A stretch of 64,000 nucleotides of DNA from Candidatus Anderseniibacteriota bacterium (GCA_040900375.1 JBBDZC010000012.1:39301-103300); one strand, 5' to 3'; positions 9,170 through 18,632 are shown, counted from the first letter of the stretch. Made by a program: numbers and translations. The notes: generated by a model not told the origin, from the sequence alone.

Positions 9170-9799
9170 ATGACGAGTGCAGCCATTATTACGATTGTGG
9201 TCGCCGTAACTATTGTCGCGGGCAGTACAGCCCTAGGGACGTACTACTGGCGTACTTCATCCACAACACCTCGCCCCGCATCTGTAGCAATATCTTTGCC
9301 GTCGGTTGCTCCTACACCTCCCGCCAGCCCTGACGTCAAGGAAGGCGACGAACAGACAGTGACAAGCCCCCTGGTCCAGGGCACGAGCCAGCAGGTTGTT
9401 CCGTCGCCCGCACCATCATCCTTGTCAGTAGCAATCTCGCCCCCGCCTGCCGCGACCGATTCTTCAGCCTCGTTTATGCTCGATTTTATGGATACTCCCG
9501 ATACCATCCGTACCGGGCAATCTTTTACAGTGCGGTGGCGCGTGACGGGACCCGCGGGAGCAGCAGGGGAGAAGACTGCTCTTAAAGTTTCATTAGCGAC
9601 TAACTCTGCCAATAATGGCAGCCAGGCGGCGACTACAAATAATACGACTAATTCCTTCGGCCCATTTATAGTGCCGCGCACATTTTCCAGCGACTTTAAA
9701 TTTGGTAATGCGCCAGGTACAATCAATGTAGAAATCACCGCCAACATTGGCGGCCAAGAACTACGGCAAACTAAGGCCATCCAATTAACACCTGCCTAG
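9170..9799 (+). CDS. Signal-anchored Pro/Ser-rich secreted hypothetical protein
   Basis: N-terminal TM (IITIVVAVTIVAGSTALG), PS-rich low-complexity region, C-terminal globular domain. No catalytic motif. Confidence 0.45.
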   Translation: MTSAAIITIVVAVTIVAGSTALGTYYWRTSSTTPRPASVAISLPSVAPTPPASPDVKEGDEQTVTSPLVQGTSQQVVPSPAPSSLSVAISPPPAATDSSASFMLDFMDTPDTIRTGQSFTVRWRVTGPAGAAGEKTALKVSLATNSANNGSQAATTNNTTNSFGPFIVPRTFSSDFKFGNAPGTINVEITANIGGQELRQTKAIQLTPA

Positions 9800-9866
9800 C
9801 AACTCAACGAGAAGCAGTGCCAGTAGTGGACGACAGTGCTAATGGCAACGTATACTTTTTCGTATC

Positions 9867-10625
9867 ATGGCAGACAATGTTATACCCACGACCCAATCCG
9901 GAAAACTACTTGGATTTGTTATTGTTGCCGGACTCTTTTATTTAGCGGGGCAGTATATTGCTTCAGCGCCCCAGCGTGCTTCTCAAGAGCAGGAAGCAGA
10001 ACGCCAAATTACCGTCTCGGGTCGCGGTGAAGTGCACAGTCGGCCTGACATCGCATATCTTACTTTAGGCGTCAATACGGGCGTGCGGCCATCGGCCGAA
10101 GAGGCATTAGGCCACTTAAGCGACCGCTTTACCGCCGTGGTCACGGCAGTGAAAGGCGCCGGGGTAGCCGAGGACGATATCACGACTACCAATGTATCCA
10201 TTAATCCGGTCTATGACTATGTCGAGGGCCGACAAATTCTTCGCGGCTTCGAAGCCCAGGAGTCTATCCGAGTAAAAATTCGCGAACTTAACCGCATTGG
10301 GGAAGTATTAACGCGGAGTACGATTGAAGGCGTTAATCAAGCTGGCGGAATTTCCTTTGCGATTGATGATGCCGAGGCGCTCCAACAAGAAGCGCAAGAA
10401 CAGGCGATCGCAGACGCCCAAGAAAAAGCGGAACAACTGGCGCGCGCGTTACAAGTCCGCTTAGGGTCCGTTAAATCTTTTTCCTCATCGCCCTCACCTC
10501 AAGACCCGCCAATTTTATACGAGCGAGCAGCCCTCGAGGCGGCGGGGAGTGCGGCTGCGCTTCCGGTGCCCCCAGGTTCGCAAGATATCGTGGCTCAAGT
10601 CACCATTACCTATGAACTACGCTAG
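9867..10625 (+). CDS. SIMPL/DUF541-family periplasmic protein
   Basis: N-terminal TM followed by ITVSGRGEVHSRPDIAYLTLGVNT...DITTTNVSINPVYDY..., characteristic of DUF541 (26-kDa periplasmic immunogenic protein family). Confidence 0.75.
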   Translation: MADNVIPTTQSGKLLGFVIVAGLFYLAGQYIASAPQRASQEQEAERQITVSGRGEVHSRPDIAYLTLGVNTGVRPSAEEALGHLSDRFTAVVTAVKGAGVAEDDITTTNVSINPVYDYVEGRQILRGFEAQESIRVKIRELNRIGEVLTRSTIEGVNQAGGISFAIDDAEALQQEAQEQAIADAQEKAEQLARALQVRLGSVKSFSSSPSPQDPPILYERAALEAAGSAAALPVPPGSQDIVAQVTITYELR

Positions 10626-10659
10626 TCGGTGGACGCCGTTCGAAACCTTTTCACCACTT

Positions 10660-10860
10660 AGTCCAAATAAAAGTCACCACGGGCATAAGCCCGTGGTATC
10701 GGGGGACTTTTGTCTGTGGCGTGCCGGCTCCGCCGGAACAGTGACAAAGCCCTTCATCCTCGGGCTTACGCCCGAGGTCTTACGGGCTCCAGATAAAGCT
10801 AATATGACAGGCAAGTAATGTACAAAAAAGGGTGCTAGTCCGTGGCACCCTAAAACTAAA
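10660..10860. repeat. Cluster of stable hairpins in a convergent intergenic region (REP-like)
   Basis: CCACGGGC-ataa-GCCCGTGG (about 10676-10695), CCGGC-tcc-GCCGG, CCTCGGGC-ttac-GCCCGAGG (about 10757-10776), AGGGTGC-tagtccgt-GGCACCCT (about 10831-10856). Confidence 0.5.
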
Positions 10861-10864
10861 TGAG

Positions 10865-11191
10865 CTATTGATTCTCTGCTTGTGGTTTCCATTGTCGGTA
10901 TTCTAGTTCACGCCGAAGTTCCTCAAGAAGTTCCTGCTCTGGTCGGTGAGCATTCTGCTGAAGAAATTGAGCGCATTTAAGCACTTTCGTTTTACCCTGC
11001 GGAAGAAGTTCACACCAGGCATCGAAAGTTTCTGCATTAATCTCTTCAATATCTTTTTCCATGCCATCCAGTAAAACAAGTGAAATTACTCTGCTCGTGC
11101 GTTTGTTTAGTTCAGTGAGCACTTCGTCTTGAGACAATCTAGCCGCAACACGAGCGACGTGAAGAGCTTGTCCCCAATACGCTTCAAACAT
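10865..11191 (-). CDS. Small hypothetical protein, possible HTH regulator of the divergent two-gene module
   Basis: 108 aa, low GC. ARVAARLSQDEVLTELNKRTSRVISL could form a helix-turn-helix. Divergent from the 11432 operon with a palindromic operator in between. Confidence 0.45.
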   Translation of the reverse strand: MFEAYWGQALHVARVAARLSQDEVLTELNKRTSRVISLVLLDGMEKDIEEINAETFDAWCELLPQGKTKVLKCAQFLQQNAHRPEQELLEELRRELEYRQWKPQAENQ

Positions 11192-11238
11192 AATTTATCC
11201 TTTCAAAAGAGCAGTTTGTTATCTATGTTGATCCGTTT

Positions 11239-11255
11239 TGTGATAGCTTATCACA
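11239..11255. promoter_or_regulatory. Perfect inverted repeat TGTGATA-gct-TATCACA in the divergent promoter region
   Basis: 7-bp arms separated by 3 nt, centred between the minus-strand 108-aa gene and the plus-strand ZnR-DUF4145 gene. Typical geometry of a dimeric repressor operator. Confidence 0.4.
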
Positions 11256-11431
11256 ATATTCAATTTTCATAGTTTCGCACTATAGACAGGATCAGAACCT
11301 TTTTCCAGAATACACCCGCCCAATTTTTTATCACCACCTTTGCGATACCAAATGCTTCCGACTAAGACGTTGGCTCCATTGTTGGTTCATGGACGGTGCC
11401 CTATAAGGCTGATATACTCCATAGTTAAACT

Positions 11432-12142
11432 ATGAGCATACTTCGTGATATTCAATTTAGGACAACTGATGGGAAGGGCGGCTACATAGCCCTTGATCGT
11501 TTTCCTGATTCTTGCCCAGCATGCGACCAGTCTATTGAGCCAGTCTTCGTTGATGCCTTCTCTAATTACACTGGAAGCATGGACGGTTTTCTGCAGGCAG
11601 TTTTTCGTTGCCCAAGACATAAGTGCGGGAGAATTTTCCTTGCGTATTATGTCGGTTCAAGAAGTATGCGCTCCGATTTAATGGAATTAAGCCAGATTGG
11701 CATTTTGACATCAGTGGAAGGTCGCTCTTTTGACCAGATAATCAGGGATATGTCAGAACGATTTACGGTTATATACCTTCAAGCCGAAATTGCGGAGCAT
11801 AATGGCTTAAAGGAGATATGTGGTCCAGGGTATAGAAAGGCACTTGAATTTTTGATTAAGGATTATTTGCTTCGGCAATGTGGAGGAGATGCACATAAAG
11901 AAGCCGCGGTAAAAAAGAAGAAGCTAGGAGCCGCCGTAAAAGACATTGACGATAGCAACATTCAGGCAACGGCAAAACGTGCTGCTTGGCTGGGAAATGA
12001 CGAAACGCACTACGAACGCAAATGGACCACTAAGGACCTGACTCACCTTAAAGACTTGATATCCTTAGTTGTGAACTGGATTGAGAACACAGAAAAAACT
12101 AAAAAATATGTGGAAGAAATGCCTGAAGAAGTAACTCCGTAG
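11432..12142 (+). CDS. Zinc-ribbon + DUF4145-like domain protein (candidate defence/abortive-infection component)
   Basis: Cys cluster CPAC...CPRHKC in the N-terminus. The C-terminal region (...YRKALEFLIKDYLL...RAAWLGNDETHYERKW) matches the DUF4145 pattern (R..GN...H). About 40% GC versus a flanking ~53%. Confidence 0.55.
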   Translation: MSILRDIQFRTTDGKGGYIALDRFPDSCPACDQSIEPVFVDAFSNYTGSMDGFLQAVFRCPRHKCGRIFLAYYVGSRSMRSDLMELSQIGILTSVEGRSFDQIIRDMSERFTVIYLQAEIAEHNGLKEICGPGYRKALEFLIKDYLLRQCGGDAHKEAAVKKKKLGAAVKDIDDSNIQATAKRAAWLGNDETHYERKWTTKDLTHLKDLISLVVNWIENTEKTKKYVEEMPEEVTP

Positions 12143-12143
12143 T

Positions 12144-12749
12144 ATGCCTGACGAAAAAATAAAAATATCCGAAAAAGACTTTGAGGAGTTCATGCAAAAG
12201 CAAGGTTCAAAGTTTTTTCAAATAGAATCGGATGCAATGGGTGCTTATGGGGATAAGCAAATGGAACTTTTCTACAAAATTCTTGATTTTACCTATAAAA
12301 CTCTGACGGTAATCGCCTTAGTGGCTGGTTTTGGATTTACCGGGTTAGATAAGGTGCACAGTATATTACTCTTCGTTTTGGGCGAGGGATTTCTTTTCGC
12401 TGCAATTATCTACGGGCTGTATTGGGTGCAAAAAGTTTATGAAAGCAACCTTGATGCGTTGGATAAAGCTAAGGTGCGAATCAAGGAAGGTTTTGCTGCT
12501 CGTAATGCTGCCTTCAGAAAAATCTACAACAGCTACTTAGAAAAGAAAGAGGTAGAAAAGGCTGATATGGAAGATTTAACGCAAAAGAATAATGATTTGC
12601 TTCAAGTGTTTGCGGGCAAAACAGGTGAAAATAACAAGCAAGAAAGGACCCCACTCAAGCCCATAATGATTTTGTTTATTGCAGGCTCAATCTTAATTTT
12701 ATTTTCCTTTCCTTTCATATGTACCTTCGTGTTCTTATCTAAAATCTAA
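12144..12749 (+). CDS. Three-TM membrane protein, translationally coupled to the DUF4145 gene (candidate effector)
   Basis: Starts 1 nt after the upstream stop. Two central TM helices, a long charged amphipathic region and a C-terminal TM. Very AT-rich (about 33% GC at the 5' end). Confidence 0.5.
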   Translation: MPDEKIKISEKDFEEFMQKQGSKFFQIESDAMGAYGDKQMELFYKILDFTYKTLTVIALVAGFGFTGLDKVHSILLFVLGEGFLFAAIIYGLYWVQKVYESNLDALDKAKVRIKEGFAARNAAFRKIYNSYLEKKEVEKADMEDLTQKNNDLLQVFAGKTGENNKQERTPLKPIMILFIAGSILILFSFPFICTFVFLSKI

Positions 12750-12758
12750 CACGATTTT

Positions 12759-13541
12759 TCAGCTCCGAATCATAGCGTCAAAAAAGGTTGGACCACCTTG
12801 TTTTGCTGATTCAGATTGCAAGCTAGCAAGGGTTGAAATCATTGCGCTATTCACCTCAAAAACAAAATCTTTACTTACCACCATTCGGTCATTAGCTAAG
12901 ACATTCAGCGCCCCGCTAACTGTGCCTTCGTGAATCAAGTTAATTTCAAGATTTTCAAACTCAATTGCTAGGCGGGCGATTCCCTTCCTAGCTACCACAA
13001 TAGGAAGGCGAGTCGTAAAATCATCTGCTCTACTCCCATTCTCGTTAATTTTGAAAAACTTCTTGAAATGCACAATACCATCACCCAAAGTAACGTAAAC
13101 CGCTTTAATTGCCACCGGCGCCTCGCTTTGGTTGTGAAAGGTAAATTCTAGGTGGATGCGAGTACCTGGAAGCTCCTGGCTCTTAATAACGCCCATAAAA
13201 GGACTAAGCGTTAAGAAAGACTGTTCAGTTGGACTATCATCTACCACGGGTGGCTTGTCTGAGGATGTAGTGCGCATAAGGTCTTGTATCTGTGCCACCA
13301 TGGTATCGTTGGCGCCGGATATTTGGTAAATGTTGAAGTTGGAGTTGTGAGTAGTATTGCCGACACCACCCTCAATATCCTTAATTGTCATTTTTTGCTT
13401 ATTTCTACTGGCAATTTCTTTATGCTCTTTAAAGTTATGGGAATTGTTCCGATTCCAAGTAAACGGAATAGACAATTTACCGACCAAATCTTTAAACCAA
13501 GATGATTCCATATCATCAGCATTTTGCTCTTTTTCCTGCAA
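12759..13541 (-). CDS. Hypothetical protein (island cargo), no recognised domain
   Basis: 260-aa ORF, low GC, convergent with the two-gene module. Ends about 130 nt from the 3' end of tRNA-Gln. Confidence 0.45.
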   Translation of the reverse strand: MQEKEQNADDMESSWFKDLVGKLSIPFTWNRNNSHNFKEHKEIASRNKQKMTIKDIEGGVGNTTHNSNFNIYQISGANDTMVAQIQDLMRTTSSDKPPVVDDSPTEQSFLTLSPFMGVIKSQELPGTRIHLEFTFHNQSEAPVAIKAVYVTLGDGIVHFKKFFKINENGSRADDFTTRLPIVVARKGIARLAIEFENLEINLIHEGTVSGALNVLANDRMVVSKDFVFEVNSAMISTLASLQSESAKQGGPTFFDAMIRS

Positions 13542-13677
13542 ATTTCAAGCAGGAAATGGGGGTTTTGAAGGCTAGGCTTGTAACTCTGTCATTGAAACGA
13601 GTTCTGCCAGTTGGCTTGAGGATAAAGGGGTCAAGTACAATTATTTCTGCATCTTGATCTAGCGACTATTGTGCGTG

Positions 13678-13748
13678 TTCCGGGACAGGGATTCGAACCC
13701 CAATTTTCAGGTTCAGAGCCTGACGTCCTGCCGTTAGACGATCCCGGA
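13678..13748 (-). tRNA. tRNA-Gln (anticodon CTG)
   Basis: Acceptor TCCGGGA/TCCCGGA, anticodon stem TCAGG/CCTGA with loop CTCTGAA, T-loop TTCGAAT. 71 nt. Confidence 0.85.
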
Positions 13749-13787
13749 TTAACTTTCACCTTCTGATTATTAGAGTATTATGGAAAT

Positions 13788-14255
13788 ATGCAAATCTACA
13801 TTGGCGCTGACCACCGTGGACTGGCCCTAAAAGAGAGCCTCAAGAATTGGTTGCAGGAGGCAGGCCATGAGGTTACGGACGTCGGGCCCACGACAGTCAA
13901 TAAAGATGATGACTACCCGGATTATGGCATTCAAGTCGCACGGGCCGTTGGGGAGGCTCCCAAAGAGCGGCGGGGGATTGTTATTTGCGGTTCAGGGGTG
14001 GGGATGGCAGTCGTAGCTGATAAAGTCAAGGGGGTGCGGGCCGGCTTGATTCATGACCCGCGGATTGCCGAAGCCGCTCGCCGTGATGATAACATTAACG
14101 TATTGGCGCTTGGGGCAGATTTCGTGGATGAAGAACAGGCGCGGGAGGTAGTGTCCGCCTGGCTGACAACTGATTTTTCGGGTAAAGACCGGCACCAGCG
14201 CCGCCTTGATAAGATTCAGCGCTATGAGCATGAACACTCGTGCCCCTGTGCTTAA
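13788..14255 (+). CDS. rpiB: Ribose-5-phosphate isomerase B
   Basis: MQIYIGADHRGLALKE...GIVICGSGVGMAVVADKVKGVRA is typical of the RpiB/LacAB family. Confidence 0.9.
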   Translation: MQIYIGADHRGLALKESLKNWLQEAGHEVTDVGPTTVNKDDDYPDYGIQVARAVGEAPKERRGIVICGSGVGMAVVADKVKGVRAGLIHDPRIAEAARRDDNINVLALGADFVDEEQAREVVSAWLTTDFSGKDRHQRRLDKIQRYEHEHSCPCA

Positions 14256-14925
14256 CGTAGAGATTGTCCCCGCCATCCTCCGGCGCACCTACGAAAAAAT
14301 CGAGGCGGACTGGAATACGATCCAAGTAGTGGCGCACCACGTCCAAATTGATATTACTGATGGGATCTTTGCCGGGGATGGTTCTTTTCGAGACTTGCCG
14401 CGCTTCAAGCGACTAGTCAACAGTGAAAAAATTGAGCTGCACCTTATGGTGCATACACCAGCACACTATGTTGACGGGGTTGTTGATCTCAATCCGGCGC
14501 GCTGCGTTTTTCACCTGGAGGCTTTCAGTGGGACCAATGATTTGCAATTTATTTACCAGAAACTGCGGGCGGAAACCCAAGCCCAGTTGGCGCTGGCCAT
14601 AAATCCCGAAAGTCCAACGGCGCGCCTCGAAGAATTCCTGCCGCTTCTAGATTACGTTTTATTCATGGGCTACAACCCTGGCTGGGCCAACCAGCCGCTC
14701 AATCCGATTGTTTATAACAAAATTCGGTCTTTTCGCGAGCAGCACGCGGACTTTCCGGTAGCGGTCGATGGCCACGTCAATCGCGAAACAATTGAACCGT
14801 TTATCCGCGCCGGCGCGGGCATTTTGTGCGCGAATACGGCGATCTTTGGCCAGGGAGAACCAGTGGAAAACTACCGCCAATTAACACTCCTGGCAGAAGC
14901 GGCCCACCAAGCAGTCCGCGCTTAA
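14224..14925 (+). CDS. rpe: Ribulose-phosphate 3-epimerase (the ORF opens at 14206; likely start at Met 14224, overlapping the rpiB 3' end)
   Basis: QIDITDG (like HVDVMDG), LHLMV, FHLEA, LAINP, NPGWANQ, VDGHV motifs, consistent with the Rpe TIM-barrel. Confidence 0.8.
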   Translation: MSMNTRAPVLNVEIVPAILRRTYEKIEADWNTIQVVAHHVQIDITDGIFAGDGSFRDLPRFKRLVNSEKIELHLMVHTPAHYVDGVVDLNPARCVFHLEAFSGTNDLQFIYQKLRAETQAQLALAINPESPTARLEEFLPLLDYVLFMGYNPGWANQPLNPIVYNKIRSFREQHADFPVAVDGHVNRETIEPFIRAGAGILCANTAIFGQGEPVENYRQLTLLAEAAHQAVRA

Positions 14926-15004
14926 ACGTGAACGAAAAAGCACGCGTACTTTTCTTAAAGTTACGGTATGATACTAGGGTAGTAATTCTTCAGGTCGTAG
15001 CGTC

Positions 15005-15889
15005 ATGAGAAAACTAACCACTCTGCCGGAACTCAACCGCATGGCTAACACAGTGCGGACAGATATTATTAAGATGCTGCTGGCGGCGGGGTCGGGGCAC
15101 AGCGCCGGACCCCTGGATTTAGCTGATATTGCGACCGCCCTCTACTTCAATGTCATGAATATGAGCCCGAAGCAGAAAGACGATCCCGACCGGGACCGCT
15201 TGTTCATCTCGTGCGGGCACACCGCCCCGGTGTGGTATGCCGTGCTTGCACGCGCAGGATTTTTTCCTGTTGAAGAACTCAAAACCCTGCGGAAGCTCGG
15301 CACGCGCTTGCAAGGTCATGTTGATCGCCTGACCGTGCCTGGTATTGAAAGCAGCCACGCCAGTTTAGGTCAGGGTTTAGGTGTCGCTGCCGGCTGCGCC
15401 TATGCGGGACAGCTCGACGGCAAACGGTACCAGACCTACTGCATTTTATCTGACGGAGAACATGACGAAGGCTCGGTCTGGGAAGCGATTTCGTTTGCCG
15501 GTCATTACCGCCTCATGCACTTAACGGCCATTATTGACCGCAACAACATTCAAATTGATGGGCCAACCGAACAGATAATGACGAAAGAGCCTCTGCGTGA
15601 ACGTTACGAGGCCTTTGGCTGGCACGTGATTGATGTGAACGGCCACAACATCGAGGAATTTATTGACGCGTGCCAAGAGGCTACAGCCATCATTGAGAAG
15701 CCGGTGTGTATTATTGCCCACACGATTGCCGGCAAAGGAGTTGACTTTATGGAATTTGATTACCGGTGGCATGGCGACCCGCCCGGTAAGCGCGAGACGG
15801 AGCGAGCGCCGGCTAAAGAAGACCAAGGGAGAATCGCCTTGCAGCAACTGCGAACGCTGCAGGGCAAAATTAAGAATATGGATCTCTAG
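15005..15889 (+). CDS. tkt: Transketolase, N-terminal (TPP-binding) subunit of a split enzyme
   Basis: GSGHSAGPLDLADIATALYF..., GHT, GQGLGVAAG, SDGEHDEGSVWEA. About 294 aa, the size of a split TktN subunit. Confidence 0.9.
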   Translation: MRKLTTLPELNRMANTVRTDIIKMLLAAGSGHSAGPLDLADIATALYFNVMNMSPKQKDDPDRDRLFISCGHTAPVWYAVLARAGFFPVEELKTLRKLGTRLQGHVDRLTVPGIESSHASLGQGLGVAAGCAYAGQLDGKRYQTYCILSDGEHDEGSVWEAISFAGHYRLMHLTAIIDRNNIQIDGPTEQIMTKEPLRERYEAFGWHVIDVNGHNIEEFIDACQEATAIIEKPVCIIAHTIAGKGVDFMEFDYRWHGDPPGKRETERAPAKEDQGRIALQQLRTLQGKIKNMDL

Positions 15890-15892
15890 CCT

Positions 15893-16888
15893 ATGTTCAG
15901 CAAGGGAGCGCACCTTAAGCGCACCACCCTCGACCCCGACGTGGAACTAATTCCCACCCGCGATGGCTATGGCATGGGCATTGTGGAGTTGGGTGAAAAA
16001 GACGAGCGAATTATGGTGTTGTGTGGTGATTTATCGGAATCAACCCGGAGCGCGAAATTTCGTGATGCCTTCCCCCAGCGATTCATCCAAGTAGGCATCG
16101 CTGAACAAAATATGGCGGTGGTCGCAGTCGGTTTGGCGCTCCAAGGTAAGATTCCCTTTATTTCTACGTACGCCGTTTTCTGTCCAGGGCGCAACTGGGA
16201 CCAGGTTCGTATTTCCGGCTGTTACAATAATGCCAACGTTAAGTATGCGGGAGCTCATACCGGCATCTCGGTCGGGCCGGATGGCGCCACGCACCAAGCG
16301 ATGGAAGACATTGCGTTGACGCGCGTGCTGCCTCGCATGACAGTGCTCGTACCGTGCGATGTAGAAGAAACCCGCAAGGTTGTCCACGCGGCGGCAAAAA
16401 TTAACGGGCCAGTCTACTTTCGCTTTGCGCGGACCGGCACACCAGCTTTTACCACAGATAAAACGCCTTTTAAAATCGGCAAAGCGACTGTTTTCCGCGA
16501 GGGGAGTGATGTTGCGATTATTGGAGCCGGGCCTATTATTCATTCGGCACTGATGGCCGCAGACCGTTTAGTCGAAAAAGGTATTTCCTGTCGGGTCATT
16601 AATTCACCCAGCATCAAGCCGCTCGATACGGAGACAATTGAACGCGCCGCGCGAGCATGTGGCGCAGTGGTTACCTGTGAAGAACATCAAGTTATGGGCG
16701 GCGTGGGCAGCGCCATCGCCGAGGCTTTAGCGACGAGCTACCCCGTACCGATAGAGTTTATTGGCATGCATAACTCATTTGGTGAATCAGGCGAGCCGAT
16801 GGAGCTCCTGAAAAAGTACCGCATGGACGCCGACGCAATTGCCGACGCAGTCAGGCGCGTGGTGAAACGTAAGCGCTCCTCACGATAG
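15893..16888 (+). CDS. tkt: Transketolase, C-terminal (pyrimidine-binding + C-terminal) subunit
   Basis: Follows TktN after a 3-nt gap. IAEQNMAVVAVGLAL..., GAHTGISVGPDGATHQ motifs. Confidence 0.9.
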   Translation: MFSKGAHLKRTTLDPDVELIPTRDGYGMGIVELGEKDERIMVLCGDLSESTRSAKFRDAFPQRFIQVGIAEQNMAVVAVGLALQGKIPFISTYAVFCPGRNWDQVRISGCYNNANVKYAGAHTGISVGPDGATHQAMEDIALTRVLPRMTVLVPCDVEETRKVVHAAAKINGPVYFRFARTGTPAFTTDKTPFKIGKATVFREGSDVAIIGAGPIIHSALMAADRLVEKGISCRVINSPSIKPLDTETIERAARACGAVVTCEEHQVMGGVGSAIAEALATSYPVPIEFIGMHNSFGESGEPMELLKKYRMDADAIADAVRRVVKRKRSSR

Positions 16889-16926
16889 TTTTTTCCTGTC
16901 TTAAATTCTTAAAACACCCTAATTTT

Positions 16927-17895
16927 ATGGCGAAAGTTTTCATCAGTTATAAACTACCAGTAATCGCACAGCAGCGCTTGGAACAAGCCGGTCACAGTGT
17001 GGTTGTTCGCGAAGAAGAAACGCTGGTCTCGCGGGAAGAGCTTGTCACCGCGGTCCAGGAGTATGAGGCACTCTTACTCCTGTTGACTGACAAGGTAGAC
17101 CAGCCCTTGCTGGCCCAAGCAGGCCCCCAGCTCAAAGTAATTGCCAATTATGCCGTGGGTTTTGACAATATTGATGTGGCGGCGGCCCAGGCGCGGGGGA
17201 TTGCGGTAACCAATACGCCCGAGGTATTAACCGAAGCGGTTGCTGAACACACCGTGACGCTCTTAGCAGCTCTCGCCCGGCGGATTGTAGAGTCAGACAG
17301 CTTCCTGCGAATGGGTAAGTATCACGGGTGGCGCCCCGAGTTGCTGCTGGGAACGGGTCTAGATAATAAAGTTCTGGGGATAGTGGGGTTAGGCCGAATA
17401 GGAGTGGAAGTAGCGCGGCGCGCGCAGTTTGGTTTCGGCATGAAAATTGCCTACAACGACCTCAAGCCCAATGCTGACTTCGAGCGAGAGTTTGCCGCGA
17501 CCTACTATGAGCATCTGGATGACCTGCTGCCTGCCGTGGATGCTGTTTCTTTGCATGTGCCCTTGCTGCCCGCCACACGCCATTTGATTAACCAGGAGCG
17601 GCTGGCGCTGATGAAGCCTACAGCCTTATTGGTGAATACTGCGCGCGGACCAGTGGTAGACGAAGCGGCGCTGGTAGCAGCGCTGCAAAACCAGACTATT
17701 GGAGGCGCCGCGCTTGATGTATTTGAACAGGAGCCAGAGCTTACTCCTGGTTTAGTTGAACTGCCCAACGTGGTTCTCACGCCGCATACCGCTTCGGCTA
17801 CAATTGAAGCCCGCGCGGCGATGGCGGAGTTGGCGGCGGATAATATTATCGCGGTGCTCGCCGGCAAGACGGCACTAACACCCGTTAAAGTCTAG
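16927..17895 (+). CDS. D-isomer-specific 2-hydroxyacid dehydrogenase (glyoxylate/hydroxypyruvate reductase-like)
   Basis: NAD-binding GLGRIGVEVARRA and a catalytic-domain pattern typical of the GyaR/SerA family. Confidence 0.8.
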   Translation: MAKVFISYKLPVIAQQRLEQAGHSVVVREEETLVSREELVTAVQEYEALLLLLTDKVDQPLLAQAGPQLKVIANYAVGFDNIDVAAAQARGIAVTNTPEVLTEAVAEHTVTLLAALARRIVESDSFLRMGKYHGWRPELLLGTGLDNKVLGIVGLGRIGVEVARRAQFGFGMKIAYNDLKPNADFEREFAATYYEHLDDLLPAVDAVSLHVPLLPATRHLINQERLALMKPTALLVNTARGPVVDEAALVAALQNQTIGGAALDVFEQEPELTPGLVELPNVVLTPHTASATIEARAAMAELAADNIIAVLAGKTALTPVKV

Positions 17896-17911
17896 ACAAA
17901 GGGAAGATGCC

Positions 17912-18400
17912 ATGAAGCCGAGGTTAAGTCCGCGCCAACGTATTTTCGGGATCGTACTCGTCGCTAGTCTGTGTGTCGGCGCGGGGGTGCTAGTGGCAAC
18001 CCAGATTGATTTTACAATGTGGGGCAAAAGCCGAGCCTCACCTGACCCGATGCTTTTGTTACGAGAAGTTACCTTGGGAACACTGGCCTCACCTGGTGAA
18101 GCTACCAAAACTACCCCGAAGCTGCGCCAAGCAAGTAGCTACCGCGTCAACGACCCGCTTGCTTTACGGATTACGATGGACCCGGCCGTCACCGAGCCAG
18201 TGACTCTCGTGGCCCGCCTGCTGACCCCAACCGGCCAGGTGGTAGAACTAGAACCCTCGTCAGTTACTTTTAGACCCGGCACTTCGACCCATTGTTGCTG
18301 GCAAGTTGCCCAGGGCAATGATTACACGTTACAAGTTTTCTATCTTGACCGTGTGATCACCGCTTTGCCACTGCGCATTGATGCTCCCTTTACTCGATAA
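17912..18400 (+). CDS. Signal-anchored hypothetical protein
   Basis: N-terminal TM (IFGIVLVASLCVGAGVLV), otherwise no recognised motif. Confidence 0.4.
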   Translation: MKPRLSPRQRIFGIVLVASLCVGAGVLVATQIDFTMWGKSRASPDPMLLLREVTLGTLASPGEATKTTPKLRQASSYRVNDPLALRITMDPAVTEPVTLVARLLTPTGQVVELEPSSVTFRPGTSTHCCWQVAQGNDYTLQVFYLDRVITALPLRIDAPFTR

Positions 18401-18534
18401 GCTCATGGTGGCCATGCTCAATCGACAAGCACATCGCTACTCCTCTCACCAGCGCCGCCGGCAGCAAGTGTATCTCGGACTAATTTTACTACTAGTGATA
18501 GGTATTGATTGGTACCTACGGTCAAGGCAGTAAC

Positions 18535-18632
18535 CAACCCCACGTACTTACTTCCACAACCGCGGGTCCAGCCTTCGCTAAAGCTTAAGTCACCCGCGGC
18601 TGATGGGGGAATGAATCAGGTAGGGTTGGTAT
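18535..18632. repeat. MITE-like ~98-bp element, copy 1 (terminal inverted repeats ...CCAACCCC / GGGTTGGTAT, internal CCGCGGGT/ACCCGCGG stem)
   Basis: Near-identical (1 mismatch, aaagctt vs aaggctt) to the copy at about 21200-21299. The termini are inverted complements of each other. Confidence 0.7.

Noticed and set aside
10830-13680. Integrase or att-site duplication defining the tRNA-Gln island
   Set aside because: No integrase or recombinase gene is present. The far border has only a weak resemblance (TTCGAAACC vs TTCGAACCCC) to the tRNA 3' end. The island call rests on composition and content, not on att sites.
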